Below, piece after piece: positions 56,251 through 64,000 of a stretch of 64,000 bases of DNA. Origin of the DNA: an uncultured Ignavibacterium sp. (GTDB lineage: Bacteria; Bacteroidota; Ignavibacteria; Ignavibacteriales; Ignavibacteriaceae). Under the pieces are notes generated by a model that was not told the DNA's origin, made no database searches, and was given only the letters and a program-made list of their open reading frames with translations. The stretch lies in NCBI GenBank assembly GCA_964522885.1, contig CAZFZE010000010.1, forward strand, positions 11,915-75,914, read 5' to 3'. Every line of letters begins with the position of its first letter. Position 1 is the stretch's first letter. The translations under genes were made by a program, and so were the position numbers.

Positions 56251-57426
56251 ATGAAAAAAGTTGTAATAGTATCAGCAAAAAGAACAGCAGTTGGAACCTT
56301 TAACGGGGCGCTATCCTCATTTTCATCCGGCCAGTTAGGCAGTTTTGCCATAAAAGCAGTATTGGAAGATACAAAAATCGATCCTCAATTAATTGATGAA
56401 GTAATAATGGGAAATGTTTTGATGGGTGGACAAGGGCAGGCTCCAGCACGCCAGGCTTCAATATTTGCCGGTTTACCTACTAAAACTGAGTGTTTGACAA
56501 TCAACAAAATGTGTGGAAGTGGATTAAAATCTGTTATGCTTGCACAACAAGCCATTGCACTTGGAGATGCTGATGTTATTATTGCAGGTGGTCAAGAAAG
56601 TATGAGCAATGCTCCATATATGCTGTTAAATGCAAGAAATGGTTATCGTTTAGGGCATGGAGAAATAAAAGATTCAATTGTACTTGATGGTCTCTGGGAT
56701 GTTTATAACAACATTCACATGGGCGGATGCGCAGAATCTTGTGCAAGAGATTTTAAGTTTACAAGAGAACAATTAGATGAATTTGCGATTCAATCCTACA
56801 AGCGTGCTATTGAAGCTACAAACTCCGGTAGATTTAAAGATGAGATTTATCCAATAAAGATCTCATCGAAAACTGGTGAAGTTATTTTTGACAAAGATGA
56901 AGAGCCAACCAAAGTTAAGTTTGATAAAATTCCTACGTTGAAACCAGCTTTTGAAAAGAATGGAGTTGTAACGGCTGCTAATGCTTCAAGTATAAACGAT
57001 GGAGCAGCAGCATTATTAGTTATGAGTGAAGAAAAAGCAAAAGAACTTGGTTACAAGCCTCTTGTGGAGATAGTAGCACAAAGTTCTGCCGCTAAAGCTC
57101 CAATTGATTTTACTACTGCACCGGCTGATGCTATTAATAAAGTACTTAAAAAAGCAGGAATGAAAACTACTGATATAGGACTTTATGAAATAAATGAAGC
57201 GTTCGCTGTTGTTTCATTAGCTGTTAATCAACTGCTGGGATTAACATCTGATAATGTTAACGTAAATGGTGGTGCGGTTGCAATCGGACACCCAATAGGT
57301 GCAAGCGGCGCACGTATTTTGGTAACATTAATTCACGAAATGAAAAAAAGAAATGTTGAGTTTGGTATCGCTTCATTATGTATCGGTGGTGGGGAAGCTT
57401 CTGCACTAATTGTCAAAAATGTTTAA
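56251..57426 (+). CDS. acetyl-CoA C-acetyltransferase (thiolase II)
   Basis: INKMCGSGLKS (active-site Cys), NVNGGAVAIGHPIGASGAR and CIGGGE. Confidence 0.95.
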   Translation: MKKVVIVSAKRTAVGTFNGALSSFSSGQLGSFAIKAVLEDTKIDPQLIDEVIMGNVLMGGQGQAPARQASIFAGLPTKTECLTINKMCGSGLKSVMLAQQAIALGDADVIIAGGQESMSNAPYMLLNARNGYRLGHGEIKDSIVLDGLWDVYNNIHMGGCAESCARDFKFTREQLDEFAIQSYKRAIEATNSGRFKDEIYPIKISSKTGEVIFDKDEEPTKVKFDKIPTLKPAFEKNGVVTAANASSINDGAAALLVMSEEKAKELGYKPLVEIVAQSSAAKAPIDFTTAPADAINKVLKKAGMKTTDIGLYEINEAFAVVSLAVNQLLGLTSDNVNVNGGAVAIGHPIGASGARILVTLIHEMKKRNVEFGIASLCIGGGEASALIVKNV

Positions 57427-57446
57427 GAATAAGGAAAGGATAAAAA

Positions 57447-58295
57447 ATGGATATAAAAAAAGTAGTTGTAATTGGCGGTGGAACTATGGGTAATGGGATT
57501 ACCCATGTTTTTGCAATGAAAGGATTTCAGGTTTTTCTGGTTGAAATGACAGATGCATTATTTGATAAAGCATTAAATACAATTTCAGGAAATCTTGACC
57601 GACAAATAAAAAAGCAAACGATAACAGAAGAAGATAAAAACAAAACCCTAAAAAATATTAATAGAGTTATAGGCATTGAAAATATTCCCACTGATGCTCA
57701 TTTAATTATCGAAGCTATTTATGAAAATAAAGAAACTAAAATAAATATATTTAAGCAATTAGAGAAAGCAATTAATCCTGATTGTATCTTTGCTTCTAAC
57801 ACTTCATCAATTTCAATAACGGAACTTTCAGCTGTATGTAGGGCCGATAAATTTATTGGTATGCACTTTATGAATCCGGTTCCTGTAATGAAATTAGTTG
57901 AAATAATTCGTGGATACTCAACATCGGATCAAACTTATCAGGTAATTAAAGATTTATCAATTAAATTGGACAAAGAACCTGTTGAAGTCTTTGATTATCC
58001 TGGATTTATTTCTAATCGAATACTGATGCCAATGATTAACGAAGCCATATTTGCTTTGATGGAAGGAGTTGCCTCAAAAGAAGCAATTGATACTGTAATG
58101 AAATTAGGAATGAACCATCCAATGGGACCATTGACTTTAGCTGATTTTATCGGTTTAGATGTTTGCCTGGCAATTATGGAAGTTCTATATAATGGTTATA
58201 ATGATCCCAAATACAGACCTTGTCCTTTATTGAAGAAGATGGTTGCAGCAAACAAACTTGGAAGAAAATCAGGGGAAGGATTTTATAAGTATTAG
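57447..58295 (+). CDS. hbd: 3-hydroxybutyryl-CoA dehydrogenase
   Basis: VIGGGTMGNGI, SNTSS, HFMNPVP.MKLVE and GFI.NR. Confidence 0.93.
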   Translation: MDIKKVVVIGGGTMGNGITHVFAMKGFQVFLVEMTDALFDKALNTISGNLDRQIKKQTITEEDKNKTLKNINRVIGIENIPTDAHLIIEAIYENKETKINIFKQLEKAINPDCIFASNTSSISITELSAVCRADKFIGMHFMNPVPVMKLVEIIRGYSTSDQTYQVIKDLSIKLDKEPVEVFDYPGFISNRILMPMINEAIFALMEGVASKEAIDTVMKLGMNHPMGPLTLADFIGLDVCLAIMEVLYNGYNDPKYRPCPLLKKMVAANKLGRKSGEGFYKY

Positions 58296-58312
58296 TTGTT
58301 TTCTAAAAAATA

Positions 58313-60388
58313 GTGAAAATTAATAAAAGAAATATTTCTGTTTTAATTGGTAACTTAAAAAAATACTTTAAACAAATTGCATATCCTGAATATACAGTTT
58401 TTAGTTTTTATGCAATACTTATTGGAGCTGCTGCAGGATTATCCTCTGTATTTTTTCATCTTTCTATCGATTTTTTCAATCGATTGTTTTTTGAAAAGAC
58501 AGCCAGTGGTTTATATTTTCTTGGAGCAGCTGTAGTAATTATTATCCCAGCCCTTGGAATGCTGATTCAAAGTGTTATGATTTTCGTAGCTCCTGAAATT
58601 TCGAAAAGAAGGGGAGTGATCGAGGTTATAAAAGCAGTCGCATTAAAAGGGGGACTCATTCCGTTTAGATCTACAATATTCCATTTTTTTGCTCCAGTTA
58701 TTTGTATAGGTTCTGGTGGAACAGTTGGGCCTGAAGGTCCTGCAGCACAATTGGGAGCAGGAGTTGCAAGCAAATTAGGTTCTTTACTACGCCTTTCTGA
58801 TCAAAGGAGAAGAACATTTACTGCCGCAGGAGCCGGTGCAGCAATCGCCGCCATATTCAACACTCCACTTGCCGGTGTATTTTTTGCATTAGAAATTGTT
58901 TTACTAAACGATTTTCAGACAGCAACATTTTCAGCATTGATTTTAGCTTCTGTTACTGCCAGTGCCATATCCAGAATATTTCTTGGTAATACAAGTATTT
59001 TTACATTTTCCACTCCACAAATAGGTGAATATCAATATTTTTATCTTTTTGTTTTATTTGGAATTATTTGCGGTTTAATGGCTGTAAGTTTTCTTAGATA
59101 CGATGAATTATTATCAAACACATTTAAGAAAAAACTGTTAAAAAAATTACCAAGATGGTTTTTAATGACTGTTGTGGGAATACTAGTAGGTGTAAGTGGA
59201 TATTATTATAAGGATATTTTTGGTATTGGTTACAGAGGAATAAATCATATTTTAACAGATGTTTACGCCTGGCAAGTTGTGTTAATATTATTAGTACTGA
59301 AATTTCTGCTAGTTCCATTGGTTTTAAATTCTGGTGGTTTTGGTGGCACATTTGCTCCATCATTATTTATGGGAGCATCTGCGGGATATTTGTTTTCATA
59401 TGTAGTTAAATCATACACCGGAATTGCCGTTGATCCAACCACATATATATTGGTAGGTATGGGTGCAACATTAGGAGGAATTTATTCAATCCCAATTACT
59501 GCAATACTTATGATTTTTGAAATGACAAGAGAATATTCATTAATGCTCCCATTAATGTTATCTGTAATCATTAGTTCGTCTTTAGTTCAGATTATAAATA
59601 AAGGATCATATCATTTAAAGATTTTAGAGAGACAAGGATTCAGGATTTCCGGTGGAAGAGAATCAAGTATATTAAAATCTATCTACGTTGAAAATCTTAT
59701 GCATAAGGATCCTATAATATTGGATCAGAATGTACCATTATTTAAAGTTGTTCCTATGCTGATAGATAATCCACATCGTGTTATTTATACTGTGGATGAA
59801 AATGGAAATATTGCCGGGATTATTTCTGATAGTCAAATTAGACCATTAATGACCGAATATGAAGAACTAAAAAATACTGTACTCGCCAGAGATATCGCAG
59901 ATACCAGGATTATCACAATTAAAAGAAGCGATGATTTAGATTTAGCAATTAAATTATCAACAAAAGCTGATCTTGAGGAAATTCCTGTTGTTGGAGAATA
60001 TGACAACAATAAAATTATTGGTTATATAACCAGACAAGATATTCTTGATACTTATAATCGTGAAAGTATAAAACATGATCTTGCAGATGGTTTAACCAAA
60101 GAGATACAAACATTAAAGAAATTGAACATCTCTAAAATATCGGATGGATATGCAATTGTTGAAAGATCACCAAGTCCTGAGTTTATCGGAAAAACATTAT
60201 CTGAAATAAAATTAAGAAATAAATTCGGTCTAGAAGTATTAATGATAAAAAAGTCAAAGGATTTGTTTAATGAAAATGAATCTACATCAAAATTAGTAAT
60301 GCCAAGACATGATTATAAAATAGAGAGTGATGATATATTAGTACTATTTGGAACAGAAGAACAAATAAAGAAAACTGAAAACTGGTAG
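58313..60388 (+). CDS. ClC-family chloride channel/antiporter with C-terminal CBS pair and RCK_C-like domain
   Basis: GSGGTVGPEGP, GIYSIP-type motifs and about 10 TM helices. A CBS region is followed by a TrkA-C-like tail. GTG start. Confidence 0.9.
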   Translation: MKINKRNISVLIGNLKKYFKQIAYPEYTVFSFYAILIGAAAGLSSVFFHLSIDFFNRLFFEKTASGLYFLGAAVVIIIPALGMLIQSVMIFVAPEISKRRGVIEVIKAVALKGGLIPFRSTIFHFFAPVICIGSGGTVGPEGPAAQLGAGVASKLGSLLRLSDQRRRTFTAAGAGAAIAAIFNTPLAGVFFALEIVLLNDFQTATFSALILASVTASAISRIFLGNTSIFTFSTPQIGEYQYFYLFVLFGIICGLMAVSFLRYDELLSNTFKKKLLKKLPRWFLMTVVGILVGVSGYYYKDIFGIGYRGINHILTDVYAWQVVLILLVLKFLLVPLVLNSGGFGGTFAPSLFMGASAGYLFSYVVKSYTGIAVDPTTYILVGMGATLGGIYSIPITAILMIFEMTREYSLMLPLMLSVIISSSLVQIINKGSYHLKILERQGFRISGGRESSILKSIYVENLMHKDPIILDQNVPLFKVVPMLIDNPHRVIYTVDENGNIAGIISDSQIRPLMTEYEELKNTVLARDIADTRIITIKRSDDLDLAIKLSTKADLEEIPVVGEYDNNKIIGYITRQDILDTYNRESIKHDLADGLTKEIQTLKKLNISKISDGYAIVERSPSPEFIGKTLSEIKLRNKFGLEVLMIKKSKDLFNENESTSKLVMPRHDYKIESDDILVLFGTEEQIKKTENW

Positions 60389-60447
60389 ATATTTGGCTAG
60401 CCAATTTGTCCGATAATGTATATTATGTAAACTAACTTTTATCTGAA

Positions 60448-60654
60448 TTAACCTTTACCTGAAAACCTAATAATAATTATTATCAACATAATTATAAAGA
60501 TTAACCATATAATCGGACTTCCCTTTTTTTTGTTGTATCTGCGCATTTGTGAAAATCCCAATTTACGTTTTCTTCGTTCTTCAGGATCTTCCTCAGGTTT
60601 ATAAAATCTTGGTGGATAATCAAATACCCGATGTTGCGGACGTTTCATTAACAT
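60448..60654 (-). CDS. hypothetical small tail-anchored protein
   Basis: 68 aa with a basic N-terminal half and a single C-terminal TM helix. It begins 17 nt after the ftsY stop. Confidence 0.35.
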   Translation of the reverse strand: MLMKRPQHRVFDYPPRFYKPEEDPEERRKRKLGFSQMRRYNKKKGSPIIWLIFIIMLIIIIIRFSGKG

Positions 60655-60671
60655 AATTTATACTCCTCAAA

Positions 60672-61598
60672 CTAATTAAATATTGCATCAACAAAGGCAT
60701 TAGCATCAAACTCCTGCAAATCATCAATGCCTTCGCCAACGCCAATATATTTAACGGGAATTTTTTGCTTTGCAGAAATTTGAAATACGACTCCGCCTTT
60801 TGCTGTTCCATCAAGTTTTGTAATAACTAAACCAGTCACATTAGTAACTTTAGAAAATTCTTCAGCTTGTATCAAGGCATTCTGACCGGTATTACCATCT
60901 AAAATAAGCAAGGTATCATGCGGAGCATCCGGGAGCAACTTTTTCATTACACGGTTAATTTTATCCAGCTCTTTCATCAAATTAGCTTTATTGTGCAATC
61001 GACCTGCTGTATCAATTAAAACGACATCATATTTTTCATCAATAGCTTTTTTTAGCGTATCAAAAACAACAGAGGATGGATCTGATCCTTTTATACTTTG
61101 AATAATATCAACACCAGCCCTTGCAGCCCAAATTTCAAGCTGTTCATTAGCTGCTGCCCTGAATGTGTCAGCAGCTCCAACAATAACTCTTGAACCTATT
61201 TTCTTATAATTATTTGCTAACTTTCCGATTGTTGTTGTCTTCCCTACTCCATTTACACCAATTATAAGAATAACATAAGGTTTTTGTGTCGGAATTACTT
61301 TTTTATCATCAGAAAACTTCAATGAATTTACTAATTCATTTTTTACTATTTGTAAAATATTATCCGGAGTTCTGTCTTTCTCAGTTCTCAGGTTTTTTCT
61401 CATATTCTCAATAATTTTTTCAGACGTTTCAGAACCAATATCTGATGAAATTAATATTTCTTCAATGTTATCAATAGTAATATCGTCAACAATTGCTTTA
61501 CCGGTTACAGTTTCTGTAATCGAGTTAAATATTTTTTCGCGTGTCTTGCTAAGACCTTCTTTTAATTTATTCAGATTAAAATTTTTAAACAGACTCAT
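60672..61598 (-). CDS. ftsY: signal recognition particle receptor FtsY
   Basis: GVNGVGKTTTIGKLA, DTAGRL and TKLDGTAKGG. The likely start is MSLFKNF at 61598. Confidence 0.93.
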   Translation of the reverse strand: MSLFKNFNLNKLKEGLSKTREKIFNSITETVTGKAIVDDITIDNIEEILISSDIGSETSEKIIENMRKNLRTEKDRTPDNILQIVKNELVNSLKFSDDKKVIPTQKPYVILIIGVNGVGKTTTIGKLANNYKKIGSRVIVGAADTFRAAANEQLEIWAARAGVDIIQSIKGSDPSSVVFDTLKKAIDEKYDVVLIDTAGRLHNKANLMKELDKINRVMKKLLPDAPHDTLLILDGNTGQNALIQAEEFSKVTNVTGLVITKLDGTAKGGVVFQISAKQKIPVKYIGVGEGIDDLQEFDANAFVDAIFN

Positions 61599-62157
61599 AT
61601 TTTTTCTTTGATAAAAATTCTTTTGCACGAATTAAATATGCAATAAATGATGCAAATATCAATACTATGCTTGTGTAATAAAAAATTCTGAAAATAAGAT
61701 TTTCTTGAGGAAATCCAATAATAATAAACAGAATTACCAGCCCGATATTAAGTACAGTAATTTTACCCAGTTTATTTGATGGTAATACTTTCCCAAGTTT
61801 ACTTGTTACATAAATTCCACCTAAAAATATAAAAACATCTCTAAGTATAATTGCAGAAAAATAAAATGTAGATATCTCATTGATCAGATAAAGCTTTATA
61901 ACTATCAAAGCAATTGCCGCTTTATCTGCTAATGGATCTATAATTTTACCAAGCTCTGTTATCTGATTTAATTTTCTGGCAAAATAACCATCAAGAATAT
62001 CAGTTAATGCAGCAAAAAGGCATAAAGCAAAGGTAATATATCTGATGTTTTGAGAATTGAAATGATCCAATAAGAACCAAAACGGTATTACTAAAAGTAA
62101 TCTTAAAAAACTTAATGCATTGGAAATTGTAAATATTTCTTTTGGTGTAAATTTCAT
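61585..62157 (-). CDS. CDP-alcohol phosphatidyltransferase (PgsA-like)
   Basis: DGYFARK....ELGKIIDPLADK signature (D-G-x2-A-R-x8-G-x3-D-x3-D). Confidence 0.85.
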   Translation of the reverse strand: MKFTPKEIFTISNALSFLRLLLVIPFWFLLDHFNSQNIRYITFALCLFAALTDILDGYFARKLNQITELGKIIDPLADKAAIALIVIKLYLINEISTFYFSAIILRDVFIFLGGIYVTSKLGKVLPSNKLGKITVLNIGLVILFIIIGFPQENLIFRIFYYTSIVLIFASFIAYLIRAKEFLSKKKYESV

Positions 62158-62192
62158 TTTATGATTGCAAAAAAGTAAAGATTATAAATAGC

Positions 62193-63674
62193 TTATACTT
62201 CGTACATCTCCTTATTAAAATTTACATCAATATTGGTTGGATATTTGCCGGAGAAACAGGCAGTACAAAAATTTTCTTCACCGGCTTCAGCAACAGCTTC
62301 TAACATTTCATCTATTGTCAAATATTCAAGACTATCAACTTCAAGATATTCTTTAATTGCTTCTATGTCTCCCTTTAATTGATGTGCAATTAACTCTTCC
62401 CTGCTGGGAAAATCCATTCCGTAAAAACAGGGATGCATAATTGGTGGTGATGAAATTCTTAAATGAACGGATTTAGGATTTGCTTCTTTAATAAGTTTTA
62501 CGAGTTGTTTGGATGTTGTACCTCTTACAATCGAGTCATCAACAACTACGATTGTTCTTCCTTCTATTACGCCTTTAACAACATTAAATTTAATTCTTAC
62601 TCCGCTTTGGCGATTGCTTTGTCCCGGTTGAATAAATGTTCTGCCAATATAATGACTTCTGATTAAGCCAATTTCCCAACGGGCATCAATTCCTTCTTTT
62701 TCAAGCTCGCGGGCATAACCAAGCGCAGTAGTATTGGAACTATCGGGTACACTAATAACAAAAACGCGTTCACCATCCGGATCAGTAACAGGATGTTTTC
62801 TTGCCAAAACTTTACCAAGTCTTCTTCTCATCTTATCAACATTATGTCCGAAGATAAAGCTATCGGGACGGGAAAAATAAATGTATTCAAAAACGCAATA
62901 TTTTTTTGGTTCAGGATTTCCATTAATCCTGAATGATTTTATTTCTCCTTTTTTTAAAGTTTCATCATCAATTACTACAAGTTCTCCAGGATTAACTTCT
63001 CTTAGAAATTCTGCTGATTGAATGTCAAAGGCACAGGTTTCTGAAGCTACAAGAAATTTACCATCTAATTTGCCGATTGATAGAGGTCGAAAACCAAGTG
63101 GATCACGCGCAGCAATTAGTTTATTATCAGTTAGGATCACAACACAATAAGCTCCTTCAATTTTTCGTAACGCTTCAAGTATCTGATCAATTTGATTATC
63201 AAGCTTACTTCTGGCAATAAGATGAAGAATTACTTCTGTATCGCTTGTTGTTTGAAATATTGCTCCTTCATTTACAAGTTCTTCACGCAGTTGTTTTGCA
63301 TTTGTAAGATTGCCATTATGACCTATAGCAAGGTTTCCCATTCTATAGTTAACCATAAACGGCTGTATATTTTTTCTGGATTTGGCTGCTCCCGTTGTTG
63401 AGTATCTGTTATGTCCAATCGCAGCATTACCAATCAGGGTATCTTTCAAAACATTAAAATCGGAGAAAACTTCTGAGACTAATCCTTCCCCTTTTACAAT
63501 ATTGAAATGCGCTTTTGCATCACCGTTAAATGATCTTGTAACAATTCCGCTAGCCTCCTGCCCCCTGTGTTGTAAAGCGTGAAGACCATAATATGTATTT
63601 ACGGCGGCGTTTTCTGATCCATAAATTCCAAATATCCCACAATATGATATCGGTTTATCTTCTTCGTAATTCAT
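62193..63674 (-). CDS. purF: amidophosphoribosyltransferase
   Basis: N-terminal CGIFGI nucleophile after a short propeptide. PRTase motif VVDDSIVRGTT and C-terminal Cys ligands. The likely start is MNYEED at 63674. Confidence 0.95.
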   Translation of the reverse strand: MNYEEDKPISYCGIFGIYGSENAAVNTYYGLHALQHRGQEASGIVTRSFNGDAKAHFNIVKGEGLVSEVFSDFNVLKDTLIGNAAIGHNRYSTTGAAKSRKNIQPFMVNYRMGNLAIGHNGNLTNAKQLREELVNEGAIFQTTSDTEVILHLIARSKLDNQIDQILEALRKIEGAYCVVILTDNKLIAARDPLGFRPLSIGKLDGKFLVASETCAFDIQSAEFLREVNPGELVVIDDETLKKGEIKSFRINGNPEPKKYCVFEYIYFSRPDSFIFGHNVDKMRRRLGKVLARKHPVTDPDGERVFVISVPDSSNTTALGYARELEKEGIDARWEIGLIRSHYIGRTFIQPGQSNRQSGVRIKFNVVKGVIEGRTIVVVDDSIVRGTTSKQLVKLIKEANPKSVHLRISSPPIMHPCFYGMDFPSREELIAHQLKGDIEAIKEYLEVDSLEYLTIDEMLEAVAEAGEENFCTACFSGKYPTNIDVNFNKEMYEV

Positions 63675-63804
63675 TATAAATCGTTTAATTGAGTTGAAAA
63701 AATTTGATGCAAAGTTAAGGAAATACAAATATTTTATGAAATGTATTAATAATTCATTGGATATATCGTAGTTTTGTATTAAGCATTTCAGAGGAGAAGC
63801 AATT

Positions 63805-64000
63805 ATGAAATCTGATTCAATTAAAACATTTCTGAATCAAAAAAATATCGCTGTAGTCGGAGTATCTTCAAAAGGTAAAGGGTTTGGGGTTAGTGTGTAT
63901 AACCATTTGAAAGAGAGAAACTATAATGTAATTCCGATTAACAATAATGGCGGTGAGATAGATGATCAGAAATTATTTCCATCATTAAATTCAGTAAGTG
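63805..64000 (+). CDS. CoA-binding domain protein (partial, runs off the window)
   Basis: My own translation from the ATG at 63805 (after GAGGAG) is MKSDSIKTFLNQKNIAVVGVSSKGKGFGVSVYNHLKERNYNVIPIN. This resembles YccU/CoA_binding_2 N-termini. Confidence 0.55.
   Translation, partial: MKSDSIKTFLNQKNIAVVGVSSKGKGFGVSVYNHLKERNYNVIPINNNGGEIDDQKLFPSLNSVS

Noticed and set aside
60398-60409. Perfect 12-nt palindrome TTGGCTAGCCAA between the convergent ClC gene and the small ORF, a possible bidirectional terminator.
   Set aside because: The stem would be only 4 bp with a 4-nt loop and there is no flanking U-tract. This is too weak to call.
1-64000. Search by eye of all intergenic regions longer than 100 nt (1-283, 1069-1341, 3405-3729, 4582-4801, 5225-5475, 11805-12134, 20827-21053, 24628-24780, 37483-37810, 47849-48019, 51418-51552 and 56134-56250) for tRNA, rRNA, tmRNA, RNase P, SRP RNA, CRISPR repeats and IS terminal repeats.
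   Set aside because: All are very AT-rich with no cloverleaf-like GC-rich stems, no regularly spaced direct repeats and no transposase ORFs. None is reported. A tRNAscan/Infernal run would be needed to exclude small ncRNAs formally.

Overview
AT-rich, densely coding bacterial chromosomal segment with about 66 protein genes. I found no rRNA, tRNA, CRISPR array, transposase or prophage genes. The gene content indicates a Gram-negative organism, possibly from the Ignavibacteria/Bacteroidota-Chlorobiota group. Supporting genes are GT9 LPS heptosyltransferases, FadL, ExbBD, MlaD, HprK and a PilW-like pseudopilin, and Shine-Dalgarno sites are clearly used. This taxonomic placement is inference only.

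Most of the window is housekeeping: polA, kup, mutS2, accC plus a biotin carrier, ssb, acpS, trpS, scpAB, rluB-like, dacB-like, lysS, ctp, ybeY, xerC/D-type recombinase, hpf, hprK, holB, thiolase, hbd, ClC channel, ftsY, pgsA-like, purF and ispE.

Regions worth a second look:
1. Positions 284-5224 hold small hypothetical secreted and membrane proteins. Two unrelated genes there share a roughly 200-nt promoter and 5' leader module with a TTG-N8-CAA dyad.
2. A seven-gene minus-strand operon (5476-11804) appears to make an amino-substituted, CMP-activated ulosonic acid. It contains a NeuB-like synthase lacking the SAF domain, a KdsC-type phosphatase, an SDR, a class-III aminotransferase, an SpsF-like cytidylyltransferase, a TagF/KpsS-like transferase and a membrane di-iron hydroxylase.
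3. A single ORF fuses a GT9 heptosyltransferase to a zinc-type homocysteine S-methyltransferase domain. It sits inside a three-gene GT9 array.
4. A three-gene pilin-like operon has non-canonical N-termini.
5. Three apparent single-base frameshifts lie at short homopolymers. They may reflect assembly indels rather than real pseudogenes.

All functional calls rest on motifs I recognised in the supplied translations. No database search was run.
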